Positions 43,114 to 53,289 of a DNA stretch of 64,000 nucleotides are shown piece by piece. A program made the translations under genes and the position numbers. The notes under the pieces were generated by a model, which saw only the letters and a program-made list of their open reading frames with translations, had not been told where the DNA came from and ran no database searches. The stretch is from contig JAZTXM010000013.1 in the NCBI GenBank assembly GCA_045636425.1, positions 86,500 through 150,499 on the forward strand, in the 5' to 3' direction. Origin of the DNA: Clostridia bacterium. Its GTDB lineage: Bacteria > Bacillota > Clostridia > UMGS1883. Position 1 is the stretch's first letter. The number at the start of each line of letters is the position of its first letter.

Positions 43114-43818
43114 CTAAAACATAATACATATCACCATAACAACTATTGGTAGTACAAACAAAAATAGTTTTAATATCCAATTGGCTATAATTTTCATTTG
43201 AAGAAGTATAGGTGATATTTCGCTTAAGTAGTTTCTAATTTTTTCTTTATCTTCATCACCACCTGCATCAAAAGCAGAAAGTTTTTTAAACCAACGAATC
43301 TCCTTTTCTTTGCATAACGACTTGACTGTGTTAAAAAAATCAATATCATTTCTAAATTCAACATTATCCACTATCTCGTTATATTTAGAAATAAATGAAT
43401 CCAATTGCTCTTCTTTCAAACTTCTTTTTAGAGTTTTTAAATCATTTATAGCCTTAGTTATCCTCTCAATTCTCTGTGCATAATTAGCATTACTGTTTAT
43501 CAATGAATACGCAAGCATAATTACAGACAAAACAAGGCCAAAATATTCACACATTTTACTATTATACCATTCAAAATATAGTGCAGTCAAAGAATGAATA
43601 ATTAAAAAAATGCTATAATACACAAGAATAAAATCAGACATCTTTTTACTATCAGATAGTCTTTTTTCCATGTTTATGTAATTACTAAGTGTTGTTTTAC
43701 AAATCCTTCTCCATACTATTAAATTTTCATAATCTGTTGTCATTTGTATATCTCTCCGTTTCGCATTTTCGACTTTTTTGACAATCTTTATACAAAGACT
43801 GTATAATCTGGATGCCAT
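43114..43818 (-). CDS. Membrane protein with two central TM helices, a helical segment and a C-terminal TM (abortive-infection-effector-like; hypothetical)
   Basis: TM helices FILVYYSIFLIIHSLTALYF, FGLVLSVIMLAYSLI and ILKLFLFVLPIVVMVICIMF. The start is uncertain; the ORF is open to 43899 and overlaps the upstream gene. Confidence 0.4.
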   Translation of the reverse strand: MASRLYSLCIKIVKKVENAKRRDIQMTTDYENLIVWRRICKTTLSNYINMEKRLSDSKKMSDFILVYYSIFLIIHSLTALYFEWYNSKMCEYFGLVLSVIMLAYSLINSNANYAQRIERITKAINDLKTLKRSLKEEQLDSFISKYNEIVDNVEFRNDIDFFNTVKSLCKEKEIRWFKKLSAFDAGGDEDKEKIRNYLSEISPILLQMKIIANWILKLFLFVLPIVVMVICIMF

Positions 43819-43835
43819 GCTTTTTCCACAGTTGT

Positions 43836-44354
43836 TTATTCTACATGTTCTGCTTTGTTTTTTACAAGTCCTATAATCGCCGAAATAATAACTACGCACT
43901 CATATATCACACCGCCCATTGATGCAACTGCCATGTTATAAATAATGCACAAAGGCGATTTAATAAACATTGCCCGTCTTGTGTTCTGCGGATTTGAAAA
44001 AGAAAGACTCACAGTTGATGTAACAAGTCCCGCTATTAAAAACAACGAATAAATATTTTCCCAGGCAAGCATACCTGCAACTGCAATAAGAACAGAGGTT
44101 ATAATTACTTCAGCTTTGCTTTCACCTTGTTTCTTGTTACGAAAAGCAAAGTATAAACATATAACCGCAGACAAAAAATTAAGTGCAGTTGCCGTGGGAG
44201 CTGAAATCAAAAAATAATGTACAGAAAAAGTTAATGCCGTCACACACTGGGAAACTATAATCCCAAACTGAGTTTTTCTTTGATATGAAACAAAACCCAA
44301 TATTACAGCAACAATTCCCAGCGCCTGTCCAATTATATAAGTTAAATTATCCAT
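43836..44354 (-). CDS. YgjV-family inner membrane protein
   Basis: 172 aa with 5-6 TM segments. The N-terminal YIIGQALGIVAVILGFVSYQRK resembles YgjV. Confidence 0.5.
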   Translation of the reverse strand: MDNLTYIIGQALGIVAVILGFVSYQRKTQFGIIVSQCVTALTFSVHYFLISAPTATALNFLSAVICLYFAFRNKKQGESKAEVIITSVLIAVAGMLAWENIYSLFLIAGLVTSTVSLSFSNPQNTRRAMFIKSPLCIIYNMAVASMGGVIYECVVIISAIIGLVKNKAEHVE

Positions 44355-44599
44355 AGTAATATCTCCCTTTTCAATATCCTCCAGTACACCCTATATAAAT
44401 GACATAAGGCGTAGGTACCACTAATCAACGCCTCCCTTGTGTAAAGGGAGGTATTTTATAATTTCGACTTTTTTCGACGCTCTTCATAGGCTTATCTTAA
44501 GTTTGAGCTAAAAACAAATAAATTGACTTTATAATGCACGAATTGCAATTCATAACTGTAGGCTCGATTCATGAAATCCTTTAATTCAAACTATCCCTA

Positions 44600-45823
44600 T
44601 TATAAAGTCTTATTCTCTTTAATAAAATCAATCATATTCACATGTAAAATCCCATCTCGTTTTTGCAATAAGGTATCTGTTGTGAATAAATATTTTGGGA
44701 AATTATCTCTGATTTTTGTAAATGGTCTGTATTCTCGTTCCTCGGTAGATTGTTCCGCAATGGTCATAGCAACCTGAATATAAAAATAGTCATCTACATT
44801 CTGTCTTACTATAAAATCACATTCCAGATTTCCAATTTTACCTACACTTAATTTATATCCTTTAGATTTTAAATAACAGAATAATAAGTTTTCAAGTACA
44901 GGTCCGTAGTTAATTCTGCCGTCTACATTCATAGAATAGTATATACTCAAATCGGCAAGATAATATTTTTGCTCTGTTTTTAACGACTTTTTCGATTTCA
45001 TATCAAATCTTGGGCATTTATATATTATCTTTGCACTTTCAAGCATTTCGATATATTTGTGTACCGTATTTTCTTTTACCGCTATATTTTCTTTAGCCAA
45101 ATATTCTACAATGTTGGACACGCTAATTGTAGAGCCAAAATTATTTACAATAAAGGTTTGTATTTTTTCAAATGCTGCTCGATTTCTAATTCTTTTATTT
45201 TTAGATATGTCCTTTTCAAATATTTGAGTAATAACACTTTGCACATATAGATTTCTATCATCAACATTATCAAATTCCAAAGATTTGGGAAATCCCCCGT
45301 CACGAATATATGTTGTAAATTCTTCAACAATATTCTGTGATACCTCTTTGCCAAGAAACTTTTTCATTTCCAGATATTCATAAAATGTCAGCGTATACAT
45401 CTCTACTTCGATATATCTTCCTGTAAGCTTGGTAACAAGCTCACCGCTTAAAAGATAGGAATTCGAGCCGGTAATAAAAACAGAATGTCCATCTTCCCTA
45501 TATCCATTTATTACTTCCTCAAAATTTTTAACATTTTGAATTTCGTCAATAAAAATATATTTTTTCTCACCATCGGTAATATAGCTATCTATAACTTCTT
45601 CTAATTTGTCGGCAGTTTTAATATTTTTAAACCCTCTTTTATCAAGATTAATATTAACTATATTTTGTTCGCTAACACCATTAGATTTTAAATCCTCCAT
45701 AACAGAAAGCAGAAAATACGACTTGCCGCAACGTCTGATTCCGGTTACGACTTTTATAATATCGCTATCATAAAATCCTCTTATTTTGTTAAGGTATTCT
45801 TCTCTCATAAAAATTTTAGCCAT
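44600..45823 (-). CDS. AAA-family ATPase with DUF4143-type C-terminal domain
   Basis: Walker A GIRRCGKS and Walker B IFIDEIQ. Characteristic C-terminal domain. Confidence 0.7.
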   Translation of the reverse strand: MAKIFMREEYLNKIRGFYDSDIIKVVTGIRRCGKSYFLLSVMEDLKSNGVSEQNIVNINLDKRGFKNIKTADKLEEVIDSYITDGEKKYIFIDEIQNVKNFEEVINGYREDGHSVFITGSNSYLLSGELVTKLTGRYIEVEMYTLTFYEYLEMKKFLGKEVSQNIVEEFTTYIRDGGFPKSLEFDNVDDRNLYVQSVITQIFEKDISKNKRIRNRAAFEKIQTFIVNNFGSTISVSNIVEYLAKENIAVKENTVHKYIEMLESAKIIYKCPRFDMKSKKSLKTEQKYYLADLSIYYSMNVDGRINYGPVLENLLFCYLKSKGYKLSVGKIGNLECDFIVRQNVDDYFYIQVAMTIAEQSTEEREYRPFTKIRDNFPKYLFTTDTLLQKRDGILHVNMIDFIKENKTL

Positions 45824-46331
45824 TCTAACCAGCCTCCTTTTGATTATATTATACCATATTTTTAGAAAATTGCAAGTTAAGGGGATAAAATTATTTAATT
45901 TATATATTTTTCGCCTCTTATAAGTTGTTTAATTGACACTTTTGAAATTGATAATGAGTTGAAAAGAGATTATTTCTTTATTTGTTTTTAAATGTAGAAT
46001 AAGTTAGTGAGCTATGAATATATCATTCTTATAGATGATATCCCCATAGCTCACTATTATAATCCTCGATGATGTTTAGTGCATATAAACTCAATTTTTA
46101 GTAATAACACTTTTATTAATTTATACACTACTTTCTAAATTAATTCTGACTAACTTTTGACTACAAATAGGAAATATCCATTTGCCAATAAAAGCCCTTA
46201 CGCTTCCCTTAACAAAGCCAAAAACAGCAAATTTTCTCAGTAGATGTCAAATAGATGTCAAAACGGCACTTTTCAAAAAAATAAAGAAAACGTAAAAACC
46301 GCCTAACACTAATGGTTAAGCGGTTTTTAAC

Positions 46332-46407
46332 TGGTGAGCCATCGGAGATTCGAACCCCGGACAACTTGATTAAAAGTCAAGTGCTCTGCCGACTGAGCTA
46401 ATGGCCC
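46332..46407 (-). tRNA. tRNA-Lys (UUU)
   Basis: Cloverleaf with encoded CCA; anticodon loop cuUUUaa. Target of the att copies at 28464-28508. Confidence 0.85.
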
Positions 46408-46412
46408 ATATA

Positions 46413-46489
46413 TGGCTGGGCTGGCAGGATTTGAACCTGCGGATGCCAGAGTCAAAGTCTGGTGCCTTAACCGACTTGGCTACAGCCCA
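46413..46489 (-). tRNA. tRNA-Gln (UUG)
   Basis: Acceptor stem TGGGCTG/CAGCCCA; anticodon loop cuUUGac; CCA encoded. Confidence 0.8.
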
Positions 46490-46526
46490 ACATAAACTAT
46501 GCCGGAATGCAACTCAGGTGGAAAAG

Positions 46527-46604
46527 TGGGGTGGATAGAGGGACTCGAACCCTCGGCCTCTAGAGCCACAATCTAGCGCTCTAACCAACTGAGCTATACC
46601 CACC
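46527..46604 (-). tRNA. tRNA-His (GUG)
   Basis: Extra 5' G(-1); acceptor GTGGGTA/TATCCAC; anticodon GTG. Confidence 0.8.
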
Positions 46605-46610
46605 ATAAGT

Positions 46611-46687
<77 letters not shown>

Positions 46688-46708
46688 ATTTATTTTGTGG
46701 CAAAAAAG

Positions 46709-46782
46709 TGGAGCGGGTGATGGGAATCGAACCCACCTATCCAGCTTGGAAGGCTGGTGTTCTACCAATGAACTACACCCGC
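46709..46782 (-). tRNA. tRNA-Gly (UCC)
   Basis: GCGGGTGTAGTTCAATGGTAGAAC-type sequence; anticodon TCC; discriminator U. Confidence 0.8.
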
Positions 46783-46999
46783 ACTTGCGACTTTCAAAGT
46801 ATACCAAAGATAAGTAATTTTGTCAATATCTTTTTTTAAATTTTTTATTTTTTTTTGAGGAGCAAAACTTTTTCAGTTTCAGCATCATTAAATGACAATG
46901 TTTTGTCAACTAAGGACAATATTTTGTCAACAAAAGACATTTACTTTATTATTTGATTTATGTTAAAATATATTCATATTACATGAGAGGGGAACTAAT

Positions 47000-48982
47000 A
47001 TGGCACTATATAAGGAAAACGAAGCTAATTTTCCCAGACTTCACACAGATAAGCTGTTTTTTGATTACGGTAACAACTATCAATATAACGGATTTTCTGA
47101 TAATGTGATTCGTTTTATTGAGGATTTTCAACTTCTTTCTCCCGAGCACTGGGCACGCTTCGTACGTCAGTTTCACGAAAAGCCGGATTCAAAAAATGCC
47201 GCGTGGCGTGGTGAATTCTGGGGCAAGATGATGAGAGGAGCATGTTTTACATATTCTTATACAAAAAACCCCGAGCTTTACCAAACCCTTGCAAAGACAG
47301 TAGATGATATGATAAATGCCGCAGATGAGAACGGAAGAATCAGCACATATGTCGTTGAAAAAGAGTTTGACGGATGGGATATGTGGTCAAGAAAATATGT
47401 TCTTCTCGGAATGCAGTATTTTCTTGAAATTTCTACCGATAAAGAACTTATCGACAGAACAGTTGCATCGATGAAATCACAGGTTGACTATATAATGAGC
47501 AAAATCGGACCTGCTTCAGATGGCAAAAAACCCATCAATTTTGCTACAAGGCACTGGAGAGGACTCAACTCATCTTCCATTCTTGAGCCAATTGTAAGGC
47601 TTTACACAATCACCGGAGAACAGAAGTATTTTGATTTTGCGACGTACATTGTAAACGAGGGCGGAACAGATATTGTAAATATTTTCGACCTTGCTTACCA
47701 AAATAAGCTGATGCCCTATCAATACCCTGTAACAAAAGCGTATGAAATGACAAGTTGTTTTGAAGGGCTTTTGGAATACTACCGCATTACAGGAATTGAA
47801 AAGTATAAAACTGCAATTATCAACTTTGCAAACAGAATTATAGAAACAGATTTTACCATTATAGGAAGTTGCGGCTGTACGCATGAGCTTTTTGACCACT
47901 CTACGGTTCGTCAGGCAAACACTACAAACGGCGTTATTGCCCAGGAAACCTGCGTTACGGTAACTTTGATGAAATTTTTCTTCCAATTAACACTTCTTAC
48001 CGGAGACAGTAAGTATGTCGATGCGGTTGAAACATCACTTTATAACGCTTTTCTCGGCACAATCAATACAGAAAAGATAATTGACAATCCTGTACATGAA
48101 AACTATGACCACCTTAGCCCGGAAGCGTTTGCAAACTTTGAGTACGAGCCTCTCCCCTTTGACAGCTATAGCCCCCTTACAGCAGGAAAACGCGGAGAAA
48201 AAATCGGAGGTTTCCAGATAATGAGCGACAATCACTATTATGGTTGTTGTGCTTGTATCGGTGCAGTAGGTACCGGGCTTCTTGCAAGAATGGCACTGCT
48301 CACCTCAAAGAGTGGTTTTGCTATGAATCTGTTCTTTGACGGAAAAATCGAAACCAAGACCTATAGCGGTAACACCGTTACATTTATAACGCAGACGGAA
48401 TATCCGAAGTACGGAGATATTAAAATTACTGTTGACATAAAAAAGGAAGAAGAATTTGAACTTCTCATCAGAAATCCTTATTGGAGCAAGAACACAGCAG
48501 TTAAAGTCAACGGAAAAGCAATTGACATCTGTGAGGGATATATTCCCATCAGCAGGTTATGGAAAAACGGAGATGTAATTGAGATTGACCTTGACATGAG
48601 AACAGAAGCTCTCTACCCCACTTCTTATGGTCATCAGATTCTGATGAACGAGGTTGTTTGGGGGCACAACTATGTAATTCCTACATATGATGAAGAAGAC
48701 CCGATTGCAAAGAATCATATAGCACTTCGCCGAGGTCCCGTAATTTTGGCACAAGAAAACAGGCTTGGCTACAGCGTGGATGATCCCATCAAGGTAAAAG
48801 TAGATGAAAATGGTTTTGTAAATATAAAATTCCCTGAAAAAGACACAGCCCCCTATGAGCATATCGTTGAGGTTTTGGTACCGCTTGAAAATGGTACTAT
48901 GATGACTGTTACCGATTATGCCTCAGCAGGAAAGCTTTGGACAGATGAAAGCAAAATGGCTGCGTGGATGCTGACTGAATAA
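47000..48982 (+). CDS. Glycoside hydrolase, GH127 (beta-L-arabinofuranosidase / DUF1680)-like
   Basis: 660 aa; size and overall pattern resemble the GH127 family. Confidence 0.45.
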   Translation: MALYKENEANFPRLHTDKLFFDYGNNYQYNGFSDNVIRFIEDFQLLSPEHWARFVRQFHEKPDSKNAAWRGEFWGKMMRGACFTYSYTKNPELYQTLAKTVDDMINAADENGRISTYVVEKEFDGWDMWSRKYVLLGMQYFLEISTDKELIDRTVASMKSQVDYIMSKIGPASDGKKPINFATRHWRGLNSSSILEPIVRLYTITGEQKYFDFATYIVNEGGTDIVNIFDLAYQNKLMPYQYPVTKAYEMTSCFEGLLEYYRITGIEKYKTAIINFANRIIETDFTIIGSCGCTHELFDHSTVRQANTTNGVIAQETCVTVTLMKFFFQLTLLTGDSKYVDAVETSLYNAFLGTINTEKIIDNPVHENYDHLSPEAFANFEYEPLPFDSYSPLTAGKRGEKIGGFQIMSDNHYYGCCACIGAVGTGLLARMALLTSKSGFAMNLFFDGKIETKTYSGNTVTFITQTEYPKYGDIKITVDIKKEEEFELLIRNPYWSKNTAVKVNGKAIDICEGYIPISRLWKNGDVIEIDLDMRTEALYPTSYGHQILMNEVVWGHNYVIPTYDEEDPIAKNHIALRRGPVILAQENRLGYSVDDPIKVKVDENGFVNIKFPEKDTAPYEHIVEVLVPLENGTMMTVTDYASAGKLWTDESKMAAWMLTE

Positions 48983-49137
48983 GTAAAAAGAAAGAAACAA
49001 GTAGGCAAGCGGACAAAATTGTCTGTATGTCCACTTGTTTCTTTTAATTTTGAGTTTTTCGCCATAAAAAGAACTTATTTTATTGACCTTTATTCAAAAA
49101 TGATGTATAATTATACGGAATGTAAATATATAAGGAA

Positions 49138-49971
49138 GTGATTTCTTTGAAAAAGATTGCACTTATAGTTAACTTTGATAAAAACAATGCATTGGAAATT
49201 GCAACAAAGCTTGTATCAATGCTTTCAGGCAAGGCAGAGCTATACACCGACAAGGCAGGAGTTGAAAAACTGCCTGAAACGACATATAAGCCTGACAACG
49301 AGCTTTTTTCCACATGCTCAGTTACAGCAGTGTTGGGCGGTGACGGAACAATTATTTCCGCCGCCAAAAGATGTGCTCCCTTTGACACAATTCTTTTAGG
49401 AATAAACATTGGCAATCTCGGCTATCTTTCAACATTTGAAAGCAATAACCTGAAGGAAGCGGCAGAGCTTTTGCTCTGTGATAACATTCCCTTTGACAAG
49501 CGTTTTATGCTTCGTGCAAGTGTTGTAACAGACGGAAAAGAAGCCTCGGTCTATCACGCATTGAATGAAATTGTTGTATCACGCAAATCGAATTCAAAAC
49601 TTATAGATTTCACTGCTTACTGTAATGAAAAAACTGTCTGCGCATACAGAGCCGACGGCATGATTATCGCAACTCCTACAGGCTCTACCGCCTATTCCCT
49701 TTCCGCAGGCGGTCCGGTTATCTCGCCTGATGCAGATGCGATGCTTATTACTCCTATCTGCCCCCACATGCTTCGTGCAAGAAGCATTGTTCTTCCCCCG
49801 AAAAAAATCAAAATTGAAGCCAATGCAAGTGCTGAGCTTGCAATTGACGGACAGTTTTTCGAATCACTCCAAAGCGGAGATTACATAATAGTGGAAAAAT
49901 CCGATTACGCGACCTATCTTGCCCGCAATAAGGAACTTAATTTCTACGATATCCTTCAGAAAAAGCTTTAA
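49138..49971 (+). CDS. nadK: NAD kinase
   Basis: GGDGT motif (VLGGDGTIISAAK) and the NE/D short motif. GTG start with RBS AAGGAAG. Confidence 0.85.
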   Translation: MISLKKIALIVNFDKNNALEIATKLVSMLSGKAELYTDKAGVEKLPETTYKPDNELFSTCSVTAVLGGDGTIISAAKRCAPFDTILLGINIGNLGYLSTFESNNLKEAAELLLCDNIPFDKRFMLRASVVTDGKEASVYHALNEIVVSRKSNSKLIDFTAYCNEKTVCAYRADGMIIATPTGSTAYSLSAGGPVISPDADAMLITPICPHMLRARSIVLPPKKIKIEANASAELAIDGQFFESLQSGDYIIVEKSDYATYLARNKELNFYDILQKKL

Positions 49972-49986
49972 TTAAGAGGTGTTGAA

Positions 49987-50439
49987 ATGAGAAATAAACG
50001 GCATGAGGCAATTCTTGATTTAATAACAAAAAACAACATAGAAACTCAGCAAGAGCTTACAATCGCACTTGCATCGGTTGGCTTTGATGTAACGCAGGCT
50101 ACAGTATCAAGAGATATAAAGGAGCTTCGTCTTCTAAAGAAGCTTAGTGATTCCGGAAGATATGTATATGCCCCCCACTCATCGGAAAACAGCGAGGGCG
50201 TAACCGACAAGATGTCCATAATACTTAACAAGAGCATTATCAGTGTTGATTATGCTTTAAACACCGTTGTAATAAAAACTCTTGCAGGAATGGCACAGGG
50301 TGCAGCAAGCGTGCTTGATGCCATGCGGTTTTCTGAATGCCTTGGAACAATTGCGGGCGATGACACAATTTTTGTAACGGTTCGCAGCGAAAGTGCCGCA
50401 CAAAAGCTGTGCAAAAAACTCAAAAGTATGACTAATTAA
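49987..50439 (+). CDS. argR: Arginine repressor ArgR/AhrC
   Basis: N-terminal winged-helix domain (QQELTIALASVGFDVTQATVSRDIKEL) and a C-terminal oligomerisation domain. Confidence 0.85.
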   Translation: MRNKRHEAILDLITKNNIETQQELTIALASVGFDVTQATVSRDIKELRLLKKLSDSGRYVYAPHSSENSEGVTDKMSIILNKSIISVDYALNTVVIKTLAGMAQGAASVLDAMRFSECLGTIAGDDTIFVTVRSESAAQKLCKKLKSMTN

Positions 50440-50446
50440 CGAAACG

Positions 50447-52099
50447 GTGATTTTTATGCTTATCCAGCTTGACATTGAAAATATAGCGGTAATTGAAAAA
50501 GCATCAATAGAATTCGAAAACGGACTGAATGTGATAACCGGAGAAACCGGTGCAGGTAAATCACTGCTTATAAATTCTCTCAACATGGTCTTGGGAGCAA
50601 GAGCTTCCCGCGAGCTTATTCGGGAAGGTGCTGATTTTGCAAAGGTAAGTGCGGTTTTCCTCTGTGATTTCATTGATGATATTCTGTCGGAAAACGGAAT
50701 TGATACGGATGACGGGAATATAATCATCACCCGAAAGCTTTACAAAGACGGCAGGAACATATGCCATATAAACGGCTGTGTCGTAAGCGTGGCACAGCTA
50801 CGTACAATTGGAGAAAAGCTTGTGGTTATCCACGGTCAGAGAGACAGCAGTGAGCTTATGGACACATCATCTCACATTGATTTCCTCGATGCTTTCTGTG
50901 AAAACGGCGAACTTCTTGGTGAATACAAGGAAATTTACAGGGAGCTTTGCACGGTACGTTCCGAGCTTGAAAAGTTAAACGGAGATACGATTGCACGGCA
51001 AAGCGAAATTGAATATCTCACATATCAGGTTGATGAAATAGAAAAGGCTGAGCTTTCCGAAAACGAAGAGGAAGAGCTTATTGCAAGAAAGACAGTCCTT
51101 GAAAACGCAGAGGCAATTGAAAAGAATGCACAAAAGGCCTACGGAGCGTTAAGCGCGGAACACGGTGCAAAGGAGCTTCTTTATACGACTAAGCGTGCAC
51201 TTGAATCTCTGTGTGATATGGATGCAACGGCAGAAGCTTACTGCGAAAAGGTGTCAGAGCTTTATTACGAAGCCGAGGAGCTTGCAAGAGATATTTCTTC
51301 ATATATTTCTTCCATTGAATTTAACGGCGGTGAGCTTTCTCAAATTAATGACAGGCTTGATACAATTAAGAATTTGAAACGCAAATTCGGCAGTGAAATT
51401 TCAGACATACTGAATTATTATAATGAAGCAAGCGAAAAGCTTTTGAAGCTAAAAAGCTTTGATGATGATAAAGAGGCTCTTTCAAAGAGAAACGACGAGC
51501 TTACTATAAGTGCAAATAAAATTGCAAATAAAATTTCAGAAACGAGGAAAAAGAGTGCAGTTCTTCTTTCTGAAAGGCTTACAAAAGAGCTTGAAAGCCT
51601 TGATATGCCAAAATGCAAAATTGAATTTCTCTTTACTCCATGTGCTTTATGTACAAACGGAATTGAAAATGTGGAGTTTGTAATTTCAACAAACCCGTCG
51701 GAATCCCCGAAAAGCCTTGCCAAAATAGCCTCCGGCGGCGAAATAAGCCGTGTGATGTTAGCTATAAAGTCTGTTTTTTCAGACTTTGATAAAATCCCCA
51801 CGCTCCTTTTTGATGAAATTGATACGGGAGTTTCGGGCAGAGCCGCGGAAAAAATTGCAAACAAAATGCGGATGCTTTCTGAAAATTATCAGTTGATATG
51901 TGTGACCCATCTGCCCGTTATTGCCGCTGCGGCAAAGCACCACATGCTTCTTGAAAAGAAAACTGACAGCGAAAGCTTTAAAACAATTATCCGTTCCCTT
52001 TCCGCGGAAGAAAGAATCAGGGAAATTGCACGTATTATCAGTGGAGATAATATTAATGAGATATCACTTCAAAACGCAGCTCAAATGCTGGGAATATGA
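50447..52099 (+). CDS. recN: DNA repair protein RecN
   Basis: Walker A GETGAGKS. Long coiled coil. C-terminal SGGE signature and Walker B LLFDEID. Confidence 0.9.
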   Translation: MIFMLIQLDIENIAVIEKASIEFENGLNVITGETGAGKSLLINSLNMVLGARASRELIREGADFAKVSAVFLCDFIDDILSENGIDTDDGNIIITRKLYKDGRNICHINGCVVSVAQLRTIGEKLVVIHGQRDSSELMDTSSHIDFLDAFCENGELLGEYKEIYRELCTVRSELEKLNGDTIARQSEIEYLTYQVDEIEKAELSENEEEELIARKTVLENAEAIEKNAQKAYGALSAEHGAKELLYTTKRALESLCDMDATAEAYCEKVSELYYEAEELARDISSYISSIEFNGGELSQINDRLDTIKNLKRKFGSEISDILNYYNEASEKLLKLKSFDDDKEALSKRNDELTISANKIANKISETRKKSAVLLSERLTKELESLDMPKCKIEFLFTPCALCTNGIENVEFVISTNPSESPKSLAKIASGGEISRVMLAIKSVFSDFDKIPTLLFDEIDTGVSGRAAEKIANKMRMLSENYQLICVTHLPVIAAAAKHHMLLEKKTDSESFKTIIRSLSAEERIREIARIISGDNINEISLQNAAQMLGI

Positions 52100-52518
52100 G
52101 GGAGGATTTTATGGAACAAATCGGTGAAATAGTAGAACTTCATGGACGGAGTGCTGTTGTAAGAATCAAACGCGCCTCTGCATGTGGGGAAAACTGTGCT
52201 CAATGCGAGGGTGGCTGTAAGCCTACCTCAAGAACGATAAAAGCAGTAAATAAGGCTAATGCACAAGTAGGTGACATGGTTAAGCTTGAAATGAGTTCTT
52301 CCATGTTTATGCTACTGGCATTTATCGGATACATACTGCCGATCATTTTAGCTATAGGTGCATATTTCATAGCGGATTCATTGACGGAGAACACTGTGAT
52401 TGCAGACGCTGCACTTATCTTTACTCTTATAGGTGTGCTTGTTTTGTTTTATATTATAGATAAACTTCCGCATAAGACTTCGCGATTTTCGACAAGAATA
52501 GTAAAAGTGATTAAATAA
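52096..52518 (+). CDS. RseC/MucC-family membrane protein (SoxR-reducing-system-like)
   Basis: N-terminal Cys cluster (CGENCAQCEGGC) followed by two TM helices. Confidence 0.55.
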   Translation: MREDFMEQIGEIVELHGRSAVVRIKRASACGENCAQCEGGCKPTSRTIKAVNKANAQVGDMVKLEMSSSMFMLLAFIGYILPIILAIGAYFIADSLTENTVIADAALIFTLIGVLVLFYIIDKLPHKTSRFSTRIVKVIK

Positions 52519-52533
52519 GAAAGGACAAAACAA

Positions 52534-53193
52534 ATGATTAAAGCATGCATATTTGATCTGGACGGCACTGTTGCAAATACGCTTAATTCAATTAAACACT
52601 TTGCCAACAACGCACTAAAAAAAGCAGGCCTTGGCGAGATAGATACGGAGACCTACAAGGTCATCGTGGGAAACGGTGCAAAAGTCCTCGTAGAACGAAT
52701 GCTAAAAACAGTGGGGGCCGATGAAAAGTATTTTGATGAGGTTTCCCTTGAATACAACACTAAATATGATAACGATTTCCTTTACTTAACCGAGCCTTAC
52801 GAGGGTATTATCGATATGCTTAAGGGACTAAAGACACTCGGTATAAAAATCGCTATCCTCTCCAACAAGCCTCACGGCACTGCAATAAAGGTTTCGGATG
52901 CTCTTTTCCCAAACGGGCTTATTGATGTCTGCTATGGAGGTAGAGATGGAGTCCCCCTTAAACCCGACCCGCAAGGTGTATTTGAAATTATAGATGAGCT
53001 TGGCGTAAAAAAAGATGAATGTCTCTACATTGGAGACACGGGTACGGATATGAAAACAGGTAAAGCTGCCTACCTTTACACAGTAGGCGTTCTTTGGGGC
53101 TTTAGAAAAGAGCCTGAACTTTTAGAAAACGGTGCTGATGCAATTATCAGTCATCCCTCCGAGCTTCTTGATATTGTAGAAAAAATGAAATAA
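52534..53193 (+). CDS. HAD-superfamily hydrolase (phosphatase)
   Basis: Motif I FDLDGTV; motif IV GDTGTD. Confidence 0.7.
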   Translation: MIKACIFDLDGTVANTLNSIKHFANNALKKAGLGEIDTETYKVIVGNGAKVLVERMLKTVGADEKYFDEVSLEYNTKYDNDFLYLTEPYEGIIDMLKGLKTLGIKIAILSNKPHGTAIKVSDALFPNGLIDVCYGGRDGVPLKPDPQGVFEIIDELGVKKDECLYIGDTGTDMKTGKAAYLYTVGVLWGFRKEPELLENGADAIISHPSELLDIVEKMK

Positions 53194-53289
53194 AATGTAA
53201 TTTTACGTAGATTTTACATAACTTTGGTTTTAGATTTTACATTAGCAACATATACTGAGTATATTAAAACAAAGGAAGGTTGTATTTCT

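Noticed and set aside
45960-46075. 12-bp inverted repeat (tagtgagctatg ... catagctcacta) in the AT-rich spacer upstream of the AAA ATPase gene as a possible att site
   Set aside because: Single occurrence with a 28-nt loop and no duplicate elsewhere in the window. More likely an operator or terminator-like hairpin. Evidence is insufficient.
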